A program made the translations under genes and the position numbers. The notes under the pieces were generated by a model, which was given only the letters and a program-made list of their open reading frames with translations, did not search any database and was not told the origin of the DNA. From Opitutus sp. GAS368 (GTDB lineage: Bacteria > Verrucomicrobiota > Verrucomicrobiia > Opitutales > Opitutaceae), in assembly GCA_945861645.1 (NCBI GenBank), contig CAMAVZ010000019.1, positions 1-37,245 on the forward strand: a stretch of DNA of 37,245 nt, in the 5' to 3' direction. This document shows, piece after piece, positions 12,298 to 23,602 of the stretch. Positions within the stretch are counted from its first letter, which is position 1. Each line of letters starts with the position of its first letter.

Positions 12298-12819
12298 CTA
12301 GGCCTTCAGCAAACAACACTGCTTATATTTTTTTCCGCTGCCGCAAGGACACGGTTCATTCCGGCCGGGTTTAGGCACCGCCGCCTTATAGGGCGCGGGG
12401 CCAAGTCGCGCTTCCCGATTATAGAGCCACGCTCCATTGATGCGGAGGAATTCCGCTTTTTCTTGCAGGACCTTCTCCACGCCATCGTCCGTTCCGTAAG
12501 CTGAAAAATCGACAAAGGCTTTATCGGGATCGCTGCCCGTTTCATGCGCGTGCACGACTAATTTAGTCCAGAGCATCACGGGCTCACCTTCCTCCGCTAC
12601 ATAGGGCTTACCGGCAGTCGGCCGATGGGTCTCATGCAGAAAACGATAATCGCGCAGGACATGCGCCGTGAAACGCGCTCGCATTAACAGCTCAGCGTTG
12701 GCCGCCACCCGCGCACCCGCGATGATTGGTTCGCAGCAATCCCCCATTTTTTTCCCACTACCACAGGGGCAGGCAGCAGTGCGTTCGGGTTTAGGATGAG
12801 CGGTGGGCGATGTGGCCAT
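12298..12819 (-). CDS. YchJ-family protein with N- and C-terminal SEC-C metal-binding motifs
   Basis: [15 protein letters not shown]...[11 protein letters not shown]...VDFSA...W.Y, plus C-terminal [18 protein letters not shown]. Confidence 0.9.
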   Translation of the reverse strand: MATSPTAHPKPERTAACPCGSGKKMGDCCEPIIAGARVAANAELLMRARFTAHVLRDYRFLHETHRPTAGKPYVAEEGEPVMLWTKLVVHAHETGSDPDKAFVDFSAYGTDDGVEKVLQEKAEFLRINGAWLYNREARLGPAPYKAAVPKPGRNEPCPCGSGKKYKQCCLLKA

Positions 12820-12928
12820 CCCAGAGAACTAGTGGAGCCGCCGCGGCCGAAGCGAGGGGAAATCTACCGCCGCAGCCGGGTATTTCGGGATTTTCATTTC
12901 GGCCCCACCCCCGCAGGCTGCACGGGTT

Positions 12929-13945
12929 ATGCTCCTGCCTCCCCTCCTTAGACTGTCCGGCTTGCTCGGACTGTTCGCTTGGACAAATTGCTTAGCGCAA
13001 GCTGCCCCGCGCCCCAGAGAGCTGGCGCCCGAGGATACTCCAGCGCAAGGGGACGAAGCCTCGACCGAAACTGCGAGGGTCGAAGGGCTTCGTCCGGTCA
13101 GCAATTGGCTCGAAGCCCAAATCGAATTAGCGCGGCGCGGCTTTTCCAGTGGATCCATTGATGGCGTGCCCGGGGCCCAATCAGCAGCGGCGCTGCGTGC
13201 ATTCCAACGCAATGCGGGGCTTGAGGAAACGGGTGAACTCAATCCGCTTACGCGCGAAAATCTTTTACTCACCGCTGCGCCCCTGACCACGCATAATTTT
13301 AGCACCGCAGACTTAGCTGCGATTCAACCCGTGCCCGACACGTGGCTCGGTAAATCAGAGCTCGCTGCCTTGAATCATGGCAGCGCCCTCGAGCAAATTG
13401 CGGAACATTACCGCGCCAGTCCTAATTTATTAAAAAAACTCAATCCGCACCTCATTTGGGACGAGCTGCTGCCGGGTGCGCTGATTCAAGTTCCGGCGGT
13501 CGCCAAAATCACTCCCAGCGGCCGAGTCGTCCGCCTGCGCATCGGCTTAGCGGCCCATGAGCTGCAAGCTTTTGATGAGACCGGCCGCATCATTTTGCAC
13601 TTTCCCGTCAGCATCGCACGCAACGTCGAAAAACGTCCCGTGGGGGAATTGCATGTGACGGTCGTCATCGCTGACCCTAACTACACCTTTGATCCGGCCG
13701 TATTCTCGGAATCACCGGAGGCCCAAGAGCTCGGGCGCAAATTAATTATCGCCCCCGGTCCGAATAATCCGGTCGGCGTCGCCTGGATCGGTTTAGATCG
13801 CAGCGGCTACGGGATCCATGGTACCCCCGAACCTGAAAAAGTTGGCCGCACGGAATCCCATGGTTGCTTCCGCCTCGCCAATTGGGACGCCCGCACCCTC
13901 GTTGAGCTCGCGTGGACTGGGCTACCGGTAATCGTCGAGCCCTAA
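12929..13945 (+). CDS. L,D-transpeptidase (YkuD domain) with PG_binding_1 and LysM-like domains
   Basis: Signal peptide; IDGVPG...ALRAFQ...GL..TG (PG-binding); LEQIAEHYRAS..LLKKLNP (LysM-like); PGPNNPVG, YGIHGT...SHGCFRL (catalytic His/Cys). Confidence 0.92.
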   Translation: MLLPPLLRLSGLLGLFAWTNCLAQAAPRPRELAPEDTPAQGDEASTETARVEGLRPVSNWLEAQIELARRGFSSGSIDGVPGAQSAAALRAFQRNAGLEETGELNPLTRENLLLTAAPLTTHNFSTADLAAIQPVPDTWLGKSELAALNHGSALEQIAEHYRASPNLLKKLNPHLIWDELLPGALIQVPAVAKITPSGRVVRLRIGLAAHELQAFDETGRIILHFPVSIARNVEKRPVGELHVTVVIADPNYTFDPAVFSESPEAQELGRKLIIAPGPNNPVGVAWIGLDRSGYGIHGTPEPEKVGRTESHGCFRLANWDARTLVELAWTGLPVIVEP

Positions 13946-13965
13946 ACCCACCGCGTGGGGCGATA

Positions 13966-13993
13966 GTTTTAAGGTTTAGGTTTTAAGGCTTAA
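13966..13993. repeat. Degenerate 7-bp tandem repeat (4 copies)
   Basis: GTTTTAA|GGTTTAG|GTTTTAA|GGCTTAA read directly from the sequence. Confidence 0.55.
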
Positions 13994-14167
13994 AGACGAA
14001 GCCTTCACTCTCGTTTGCGTGCGGCGCGAATGATCCTCCTAAAAATCCCGCATCAACGCGGACCAGGCGGAGAGCTCAGCGGGCCAGCAAGTTTACTCGC
14101 CCAATAATACGATCACCGGTGAAGTGATGACTCCGACGCCTAACTTTGAGCGGCGATTTTTAGCTGA

Positions 14168-14192
14168 TGCGTTTTTTGCGTTTTTTGTGGCC
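14168..14192. repeat. 9-bp period T-tract repeat
   Basis: TGCGTTTTT|TGCGTTTTT|TGTGGCC; a similar motif (TCTTTTTGCCTCTTTTTGTGCG) lies near 33089-33110. Confidence 0.5.
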
Positions 14193-14224
14193 AATCATAC
14201 GGCTGAATTAAGGCTGGCGTCGTT

Positions 14225-14509
14225 ATGACGCTAAACGATCACCCCGATATCCCGGCCTGTGCTGGTTGCGGACAATGTTGCCACCTCGTGGTCGCCCTCC
14301 GCGAAGGGGACCTTGTCCCCGAAGAGCTCGTCGTGGAACACGCCGGCGTGCGCTGCATGGATCAACGCAGTGACGGCTCGTGCCTGGCCTTGGATCTGTC
14401 CACCCACTTGTGCACGATTTATGAAGAGCGTCCGCAAACTTGCCGTGATTTTTCGCGCGGCAGCGATCTTTGTCGGAAAGTCTTACGGCCACCCACAACG
14501 CCACTTTAA
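14225..14509 (+). CDS. YkgJ-family (CxxCxxCC) cysteine-cluster protein
   Basis: CAGCGQCC...GSCLALD....CTIYEERPQTCRDF..GS..C, the standard YkgJ/FliB-type pattern. Confidence 0.9.
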   Translation: MTLNDHPDIPACAGCGQCCHLVVALREGDLVPEELVVEHAGVRCMDQRSDGSCLALDLSTHLCTIYEERPQTCRDFSRGSDLCRKVLRPPTTPL

Positions 14510-14556
14510 GCATTCGACTACGTCGCGAGCTGCCGCCAGTTTACGTGTCGCCGGTC

Positions 14557-14721
14557 ATGAAAAAGCCCACGCCCGAAATGAAACAGCGGATGTGCACGCG
14601 CAAGCGGCGCTATCGCACGCAAGGCGACGCCCTCGATGCCGCCCTGTTGGCCGGAGTGGAACGGCAACGCTCCGCCTACCGCTGCACGCTTTGCAGTCTC
14701 TGGCATTTAACGACGAGCTAG
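14557..14721 (+). CDS. Small basic hypothetical protein with putative Zn site (54 aa)
   Basis: MKKPTPEMKQRMCTRKRRYRTQGDA...AYRCTLCSLWHLTTS; C...CxxC..WH pattern; co-oriented with neighbours. Confidence 0.7.
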   Translation: MKKPTPEMKQRMCTRKRRYRTQGDALDAALLAGVERQRSAYRCTLCSLWHLTTS

Positions 14722-14867
14722 GCCGACGGACTTTGCTGCCTTTATTCTTTAACGCCATGGGATCGTGGCGAGGAAGTGAACGCTGCTGCGAGCGGCTACG
14801 GCGCTGACCGCGAACCTTGCTTGCCTCCGGTGGGCGAAGCAGGCTGTTGTGCTCGCTGTCTTTACCT

Positions 14868-17291
14868 ATGCTTCGACTGCTACTGCCACCCAACCTGGCC
14901 AGCGCCGCCCCCCGCGACGCGATCGCGGTGCGACTGGAGCTCAACCTGACGAGTGCGTCCGACCCGGCAATTGTCGCCGGCCTTGCCGTGCTGCAACGCC
15001 TCGGCGCCCAGCCCGCACCCATTTCTTTTCTACAACTTACCCGCGCCCAACTAGCGGAATTGACCGAGGCCCTCGCGGGCCAGCCCGTATTTTTTTGGCT
15101 GAACCGTCCGACCGAACCCATCGCCTGGCGCGAAGCCGACCTCGTGGGGGTCGAGGAATATTTAGCCGTGGCCGCCCCCGCCAAACTCGGCAGCGCGCCA
15201 GCACCGAGCGCGGTGACTAAAGCATCCTCGGCGCCCCGCGAGTCAGACTGGAGACCGCTGCAGGTCGACGGCTCTGAGCATTTCCTAGCGATCACCTTAC
15301 CCTCACGCGACGCCGATAATTATCACGACATTTGGGAGCTGCTGAAACGCACGGGGTTTACGCTCGAGCCTTCCAACGGAAAATTCTGGCTACGCAATCG
15401 CCACAAGACGCTCAACTTTCTCGCGACCTACGGCACCGAGTTACGGGAAACTCACGGCGCGGAATTTACCGAAAACTTCGAGCACAACACTGCGCATATT
15501 AAAGCCGTGAGCATGGTTGCCGCGATCAAGGAGCAAGCGGGAGATTACGACGTCACGCTCGGCCTCCAAGCCGGCAGCGCTCCCGAAAATGAAATTCTCA
15601 ACGCCATTAACACCAGTCGCAGTTATATTGAAAGTGGCCGAGAAATTTTTCTCGTCGATCCGGTTCGCCTCGCTCAGCTGCAAGCGGCGCATCAAGCCCT
15701 CGCGGGGGCGCCTGAGCCGATGGGTGGTCTGCGCCGGTCGCATCGAATCGTCCGCGCGCGCGTCGCCGAGGTGCAGGACATCCTCGCCGAGGCGGCGCCG
15801 CACTTTCAACCGCCGGCCACCTGGGTAGAACGCAGCGCGGCCCTCCACCAACTCGCGGCGCTCACCCCCGCTCCGGTACCCCTAGCCCTAGCGGAAATAT
15901 TACGGCCCTATCAAAAGCTTGGCGTCGCTTGGCTGTGGTATCTCTATGGCCAAAAATTGGGTGGGATTCTGGCGGATGAAATGGGGCTCGGCAAAACCCT
16001 CCAAGCCCTCGCGCTCCTGGCTGCCCGCCAGGGCCGCGCGCCCTCCGTGCGTGGACCCGCCGCTGATCCGCGCCGGCCTTCCTTGGTGGTCTGCCCCGCC
16101 TCTTTGATGGAAAATTGGCGCCGCGAGGCGGTGCGTTTTACGCCGCAACTTTCGGTGCTCGTCCACCACGGCGATCGCCGGACGGAAGCCGCCACCGCTT
16201 TCGCCTCGTACGATTTAATCATCACCTCATACGGCACGCTCACCCGCGATGCGGAACTTTTTACGGCGCAAGAATTCGACATTATTCTCGCGGATGAAGC
16301 CCAGCATTTAAAAAATCGCCGCACCCAAGCCGCGCAATCTTTGCGCACCTTGCGCGGCCGCGGGCGCTTCCTCCTGACTGGCACGCCCCTCGAAAATTCC
16401 CTCGATGACCTGCGCTCCCTGTTTGAATATCTGATGCCGGGCTTTATCGCCGCCATTCCCGCCGGCGTGCGCGGGACCGATCGAACTTGGTTCGATGAGC
16501 GTCTGCGGGTGCAAACCGCTCCCTATATATTACGCCGGACCAAACTCGTGGTCGCCCCCGAGCTACCCGAAAAAATTGAGCAGACTATTTATTGCGAACT
16601 CACGCCTGATCAGGCCGCCCTCTACCGCCGCATGCAGGATAAAACTGAGCAGGAATTGTCCAAGCTCGCCGCCACGGGGGCCTCCGCGGGGACGCTGCAC
16701 CTGGCCGCACTCACGCAATTGCTCCGCCTCCGTCAAATCTGCTGCGATCCCCGACTGATTCCGGAACAAACGGCCTCGAGCACTAAACTGGAAGCCTTCC
16801 GCGAGTTGCTGGCCGAAAGCATTGATGAAGGCCACCGCATGCTCGTCTTCTCGCAATTCACCTCTCTCCTTGGCCTGCTCCGGACCGAACTCGAAGCCCA
16901 AGGGGTGGCGTATTGCTACCTCGATGGCTCCCTCTCCGCTCGAGCCCGCCAGGCCGCGGTTGATCGCTTTCAAGCCGACGCGACCATTCCTGTTTTCCTC
17001 ATTTCACTCAAAGCCGGCGGCACGGGCCTTAATTTAACCGGCGCGGATGTGGTCGTGCATTACGATCCCTGGTGGAATCCGGCCGCCGAAGCGCAAGCGA
17101 CTGACCGCACGCACCGCATCGGCCAAACTAAAGTCGTCACTAGCTACCGACTCATCTGCGCCCAAACCGTCGAAGAAAAAGTTCAGTTACTCCAAGACAC
17201 CAAGCGCGCCCTCCTCGCTGATGTATTCGAAGCCAGCGCGGCCGCGGCCGCCAAATTGAGCCTCACGGATCTCCGCGATCTGCTCAAATAA
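14868..17291 (+). CDS. SNF2-family (SWI2/SNF2) helicase-like ATPase
   Basis: GGILADEMGLGKT, DEAQHLKN, LTGTPLEN, ILRRTK, LVFSQF, ISLKAGGTGLNLTGAD, DPWWNPAAEAQATDRTHRIGQ. Start placed at MLRLLLP (14868). Confidence 0.95.
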   Translation: MLRLLLPPNLASAAPRDAIAVRLELNLTSASDPAIVAGLAVLQRLGAQPAPISFLQLTRAQLAELTEALAGQPVFFWLNRPTEPIAWREADLVGVEEYLAVAAPAKLGSAPAPSAVTKASSAPRESDWRPLQVDGSEHFLAITLPSRDADNYHDIWELLKRTGFTLEPSNGKFWLRNRHKTLNFLATYGTELRETHGAEFTENFEHNTAHIKAVSMVAAIKEQAGDYDVTLGLQAGSAPENEILNAINTSRSYIESGREIFLVDPVRLAQLQAAHQALAGAPEPMGGLRRSHRIVRARVAEVQDILAEAAPHFQPPATWVERSAALHQLAALTPAPVPLALAEILRPYQKLGVAWLWYLYGQKLGGILADEMGLGKTLQALALLAARQGRAPSVRGPAADPRRPSLVVCPASLMENWRREAVRFTPQLSVLVHHGDRRTEAATAFASYDLIITSYGTLTRDAELFTAQEFDIILADEAQHLKNRRTQAAQSLRTLRGRGRFLLTGTPLENSLDDLRSLFEYLMPGFIAAIPAGVRGTDRTWFDERLRVQTAPYILRRTKLVVAPELPEKIEQTIYCELTPDQAALYRRMQDKTEQELSKLAATGASAGTLHLAALTQLLRLRQICCDPRLIPEQTASSTKLEAFRELLAESIDEGHRMLVFSQFTSLLGLLRTELEAQGVAYCYLDGSLSARARQAAVDRFQADATIPVFLISLKAGGTGLNLTGADVVVHYDPWWNPAAEAQATDRTHRIGQTKVVTSYRLICAQTVEEKVQLLQDTKRALLADVFEASAAAAAKLSLTDLRDLLK

Positions 17292-17370
17292 ACCCTCAAC
17301 GCTGAGCTGCACCACCAGCCGCATTGGGTTGTTTGCTTGGCCTTGGCCAAAAATCCCCCAACTTATGCAC

Positions 17371-17802
17371 ATGAAATTTATCACCACCCTTGCCTGCTCT
17401 CTCGCGCTTGTATTTGCGACCACTCTCGGCGCGGCCGGCACCCACCTCAAAACTGAAAAACCCTTGCGCATTGCCCAAGGGATGGAAGTGAGCCTCACCG
17501 ATTTTCTTGTACCGCAAAAATTCACGGTGTTTGATTTCACGAGCGAATATTGCCCACCCTGCCGCCGCTACACGGAGCCACTCCTCCATCTACATCAACA
17601 GCGCGCAGATATTGCTGTGATCAAAGTCGATATCAACCGCCCCGAAGTGCACCGCATCGACTGGCAATCACCCGTGGCCAAACAATACGGCATGCGCTCC
17701 ATTCCCCACTTTAAAGTGTACGGCCCGCAAGGTGATTTGCTCGCGGAGGGCGACGAGGCCCGCGCCATGGTGGATGGCTGGATCGCAGTGCTGCCCCAGT
17801 GA
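17371..17802 (+). CDS. Exported thioredoxin-family protein
   Basis: Signal peptide MKFITTLACSLALVFA; VFDFTSEY-CPPC; cis-Pro region YGMRSIPHF. Confidence 0.85.
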   Translation: MKFITTLACSLALVFATTLGAAGTHLKTEKPLRIAQGMEVSLTDFLVPQKFTVFDFTSEYCPPCRRYTEPLLHLHQQRADIAVIKVDINRPEVHRIDWQSPVAKQYGMRSIPHFKVYGPQGDLLAEGDEARAMVDGWIAVLPQ

Positions 17803-17850
17803 GCGAGCCGTATACCCTGCCATTAAAAATTTCTGTCCTAACTTAAGATC

Positions 17851-18780
17851 ATGATGCTTGCGCTGGTTCTTCCCGCTCTGCTGGCCACGAGCGCCGCCCC
17901 AACCAGCCCCGCGCATTCCGCCATGCCGCCCCATGCCATAACCGCCGTCAGCGCCCTGCCCACTGATTACGCCCAAACGATCGCCGCCGCTCGCGCCGAG
18001 CGCGTAAAACAGCTAACCACGCCGAATGGCTGGCTCGCGCTCATTGGCCGACACCTGATTTCTTCGGGCCTTAATACGGTCGGAACAGCACCCGATAATT
18101 CGATCATCCTCGCCGCGGGCCCACCCTATCTTGGAACCGTTACCTTCCAGAACGGAACCGTGATGTTAACCCCTGCGCCTGGGGCACTCTTAACCATCAA
18201 GGATCAACGCATCCAGCAGCCAACGGAGTTGATCTATCAAGGGACCGCGCCCACCACGGTGGTTTTTGATTCAGCTAATTTTTATGTCATGATGCGCGGC
18301 GATAGTCTGTTTCTGCGGGTCAAAGATCGCGCGGCGGATCGGCTCAAGAATTTCGCGGGTCTCGATTACTTCCCCTTGGACCCCACTTGGCGCTTCGAGG
18401 CGACTTGGATCCCGTTCAATCCGCCTCATCAGGTCAACATTACCAACATGATTGGGCAGACCACCCTCACCCCGGTTCCGGGCAAAGCGGTGTTCACCCG
18501 AGATGGTCGCACCTTCGAACTGTTCCCGATCGACGAGGGCGGGGCGGAACTTTTTTTCGTGATCACCGACCTCACCGCTGGCCAGGAAACCTATGGGGCC
18601 TGCCGCTTTCTGTCCGCCGCGCCCCCGCAGAACGGCAAAATCATGCTCGATTTCAACCAAGCAGAAAATCCGCCCTGCGCCTTTACCCCCTTCGCCACCT
18701 GCCCGTTGCCGCCCAAAGAAAATCGGCTGCCCATTCGCGTCACTGCCGGTGAGAAAAATTACCGCGGCGAACATCATTGA
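17851..18780 (+). CDS. DUF1684 domain protein, exported
   Basis: GWLALIG, FLRVKD, LDYFPLDPTWR, DLTAGQETYGACRFL, LDFNQAENPPCAFTPFATCPLPPKENRL....AGEK. Confidence 0.9.
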   Translation: MMLALVLPALLATSAAPTSPAHSAMPPHAITAVSALPTDYAQTIAAARAERVKQLTTPNGWLALIGRHLISSGLNTVGTAPDNSIILAAGPPYLGTVTFQNGTVMLTPAPGALLTIKDQRIQQPTELIYQGTAPTTVVFDSANFYVMMRGDSLFLRVKDRAADRLKNFAGLDYFPLDPTWRFEATWIPFNPPHQVNITNMIGQTTLTPVPGKAVFTRDGRTFELFPIDEGGAELFFVITDLTAGQETYGACRFLSAAPPQNGKIMLDFNQAENPPCAFTPFATCPLPPKENRLPIRVTAGEKNYRGEHH

Positions 18781-18802
18781 ACCTTTCTTTATCCTTTAAC
18801 CG

Positions 18803-19501
18803 ATGAAAGCCCGCGACTGGGACCGCTTAGCGGCCGCCTATGAAAATGAAGTCTGCGATATTTTTGTCCGTGACCGGAAAAAAGTAATCGCCCAGTGGTT
18901 GCGCGCCCGCGGCTTGCTGCGCGGCCAAAAGACCTTGCTCGATATCGGCTGCGGCATCGGCTCCTTTATTAAGCAATACGGCCGCCATTTTGGTCAAAAA
19001 ATAGGCACCGATCACTCGCGCCGGATGCTGCAGATCGCGGCGCGCCGTTGTCACAAATTAGCCGACTGCACCTGGCTCCAGACGGACGTGATTGACCTCC
19101 CCAAAATCCTGCACGCTCGGGGAGATCTGGTGGTTTGCTCCAACGTGATTACCTTTGTATCGGCGACGGCCTGCGCCCGCGCCATGAAGGAAGTTACCCG
19201 CTGCGCCCGTCCCGGCGGAGCGCTCTTATTTATAGTACCGGCGCTGGAAAGTCATGATGCCGTCGTGGCCCTAGAAACTGGCCGCAAGCCACCCCTGCGC
19301 GGCGCCACCGCAATTGTGGCGCGCGATGATCGCAAGCAGCGCTTTTACTCTGCGGCGGGCGCGCGCCAGTTAGCAACCCGCGCCGGACTGCGTTCGATCA
19401 CGGTGCGCAAGGCGTGGTATCCGTGGATTGATGAAGGCATCACCCGCGCTCCACGCGGCCACGAGTTGCCGTGGGACTGGCTCGTGACGGCTCGGCGTTG
19501 A
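18803..19501 (+). CDS. Class I SAM-dependent methyltransferase
   Basis: WDRLAAAY N-terminus, LLDIGCGIG (motif I), GTDHSRRML (motif II), DLVVCSNV, RPGGALL. Confidence 0.85.
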   Translation: MKARDWDRLAAAYENEVCDIFVRDRKKVIAQWLRARGLLRGQKTLLDIGCGIGSFIKQYGRHFGQKIGTDHSRRMLQIAARRCHKLADCTWLQTDVIDLPKILHARGDLVVCSNVITFVSATACARAMKEVTRCARPGGALLFIVPALESHDAVVALETGRKPPLRGATAIVARDDRKQRFYSAAGARQLATRAGLRSITVRKAWYPWIDEGITRAPRGHELPWDWLVTARR

Positions 19502-19598
19502 GCGCGCGCCCGCGGCGGCCAAAAATCAGCGGCCACCGCCGCCGATAGAAATTATATGGAAGCTCGCCAAAGGTCCGCGAGCTGTTGAATGATGCTTT

Positions 19599-20852
19599 AT
19601 GGACCAAGCCTCTCCGCGCCCGGCTGGCGTCGGTTTTATTTTTGTTACGCTCGTACTCGCCGTCATCGGTTTCGGGCTCCTCATTCCCGTCCTGCCGAAA
19701 TTAATCGTGCAGCTCAATGGGGGCGAAATTGCTTCCGGCTCGCACGTCTATGGTTGGATCATCTGCAGCTATGCGTTGATGCAGTTTGTCTTTTCCCCCA
19801 TTCTGGGCGCGCTTTCTGATCGCTACGGCCGCCGCCGCATCATCCTGATCGCGACCGCGGGCTCCGCGCTTGATTATTTTATCATGGCGAACGCGCCGAC
19901 GCTGGCCTGGTTCTTTGTGGCGCGCATCATTGCCGGCGCCACCGCGGGAGTACTCTCCACCGCCAATGCCTATATCGCCGATATCACGCCGCCGGAAAAG
20001 CGCGCCCAATCCTTTGGTTTGCTCGGCGCCGCTTTTGGCATCGGCTTCATCATCGGCCCCGTGGCCGGCGGACTCCTCGGCCAAATCGATATTCGTCTAC
20101 CATTCTTCGCCGCCGGCGTCTGCTCTTCCATTAACTGGCTGTATGGTTATTTTGCGTTACCCGAATCCCTCAAGCTCGAGAATCGCCGCGAATTTTCTTG
20201 GGGCCGCGCTAATCCCATCGGCGCACTTTATGCCCTGAAGCGACTCCCATCGGTCTTGGGCCTCGCGGAGTGCTACTTCATCATGATGCTCGCTCAGACG
20301 ATGCTGCAGACCACGTGGGCACTTTACACGGGACATCGTTACAACTGGGGCCCCCTCGCGATCGGACTTTCCCTCATGGCGGTCGGCGTTTTGACCGGTC
20401 TCGTGCAAGCCACTCTCGTGAAGCGAATCGTGCCTCAATGGGGTGAAACAAAATCTGTGCTCATTGGATTTATCGCCTCGATCATCGCTCTCCTCTGCTA
20501 CGGCCTCGCGACCGAAGGCTGGATGATTTATGTCATCATGATTTTTGGCTCCTGCGCGGGGATCTCCGGCCCCGCCCTGCAATCCTACATTACGAAACAC
20601 GTACCAGCAAACGAGCAAGGTTCGGTCCAAGGTGTTTATGGCGGTCTCGCTAGTCTCGCGGGTATCCCGGGACCCTTGTTAGGCAGTTGGAGCTTCGGCT
20701 GGGCCGTCGCCGCAGATCGGCCCGCCTGGCTGGCTGGTACGCCATTTTTTCTAGGCGCAGGCATCACCTTGCTCGCCCTCTGGTTGGCCGTGCGTACCTT
20801 CCGGCAAGATGCGCTCCGCCCCGAGATCGCACCTCCGGCACCAGCCAACTAA
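19599..20852 (+). CDS. TCR/Tet-family (TetA-like) MFS transporter
   Basis: About 12 hydrophobic segments; [32 protein letters not shown] (motif A), [26 protein letters not shown]. Substrate not established. Confidence 0.9.
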   Translation: MDQASPRPAGVGFIFVTLVLAVIGFGLLIPVLPKLIVQLNGGEIASGSHVYGWIICSYALMQFVFSPILGALSDRYGRRRIILIATAGSALDYFIMANAPTLAWFFVARIIAGATAGVLSTANAYIADITPPEKRAQSFGLLGAAFGIGFIIGPVAGGLLGQIDIRLPFFAAGVCSSINWLYGYFALPESLKLENRREFSWGRANPIGALYALKRLPSVLGLAECYFIMMLAQTMLQTTWALYTGHRYNWGPLAIGLSLMAVGVLTGLVQATLVKRIVPQWGETKSVLIGFIASIIALLCYGLATEGWMIYVIMIFGSCAGISGPALQSYITKHVPANEQGSVQGVYGGLASLAGIPGPLLGSWSFGWAVAADRPAWLAGTPFFLGAGITLLALWLAVRTFRQDALRPEIAPPAPAN

Positions 20853-20913
20853 AGCCCACCCCCGCAATCACGCTTGCCAGCCCGCACTTCGCGCCCTCTT
20901 TTTTCCCCACTCC

Positions 20914-22755
<1,842 letters not shown>

Positions 22756-22786
22756 TTCGCGTGCTTCGGCTAACTACTGTCACCTT

Positions 22787-23602
22787 ATGAATTCCGCCCC
22801 CGCCACCGTGCCGGTGCATCGCTGGGGCTCACTGGGAGTCGGGGGTGCAGAATGTGATACCGTCGCCGTTGAGGAACCGCTGGAAATTCGTGTAGCCGAT
22901 CGGAGTGTGGCCGTGGTCATGCGCACACCGGGCCATGATCGCGAATTGGCGGCCGGCTTTCTTCTCACCGAGGGTGTCATCCGCCAGGCTGATGATGTTT
23001 TGGATATTGTCCTTTGTCGCGAACAGGAGGGCGCAAACTCCGGCAACGTCGTCAACGCCCTCCTCGCCCCGACCACGCCGGTCGATTTCACCCGGTTGAC
23101 CCGTCATGTGTTCAGCTCCTCCAGTTGCGGAATTTGCGGTAAAGTCACGCTGGATGCCGTGCTCCAAAACTTTCCACCCGTGGCCCCAGGCCCCGTCTTC
23201 GCACCGACCGCACTCGCCACCTTGCCCGCCCGACTACGCGCGGCCCAACCCGTCTTTGCCACCACCGGCGGGCTCCACGGCTGCGCCTTATTCAATCTTA
23301 CCGGTGAACTTGAAATCGTGCGCGAAGACGTTGGTCGCCACAACGCGCTCGATAAAGTACTCGGCCGGGCGCTTCTCGACCGTCGCCTGCCCCTCACCAA
23401 CGCCGGGCTGCTTTTGAGCGGACGTCTTTCGTTCGAGCTGGTGCAAAAAGCCCTCGCGGCCGGAGTCCCGTTAGTTGCTGGTATCGGCGCTCCCTCCAGT
23501 CTCGCCATCGCTTGCGCTGAACGCGGCGGGATTACGCTGATCGGATTTTTGCGCGCGGAGCGATTTAATATCTACACGCATGCCGAGCGGCTCGCTCCAT
23601 GA
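22787..23602 (+). CDS. fdhD: Formate dehydrogenase accessory sulfurtransferase
   Basis: VAVEEPLEI, MRTPGHDRELAAGFLLTEG, SSSCGICG, TGGLHG, REDVGRHNALDK, SGRLSFELVQKA, APSSLA. Confidence 0.95.
   Translation: MNSAPATVPVHRWGSLGVGGAECDTVAVEEPLEIRVADRSVAVVMRTPGHDRELAAGFLLTEGVIRQADDVLDIVLCREQEGANSGNVVNALLAPTTPVDFTRLTRHVFSSSSCGICGKVTLDAVLQNFPPVAPGPVFAPTALATLPARLRAAQPVFATTGGLHGCALFNLTGELEIVREDVGRHNALDKVLGRALLDRRLPLTNAGLLLSGRLSFELVQKALAAGVPLVAGIGAPSSLAIACAERGGITLIGFLRAERFNIYTHAERLAP

Noticed and set aside
14060-14170. Fluoride-riboswitch-like fragment (TGATGACTCC)
   Set aside because: The 5' GAUGGnGUUC element and P1 pairing are absent, and the downstream gene is not a typical fluoride-response gene.
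14868-17291. SNF2 ATPase as part of an anti-phage defence island
   Set aside because: No nuclease, DNA methylase, PLD or other defence partner is adjacent, there is no evident compositional shift, and the context is core genome.
19599-20852. Acquired tetracycline resistance gene
   Set aside because: No tetR or mobile element, and composition matches the host; best treated as a chromosomal TCR-family MFS.
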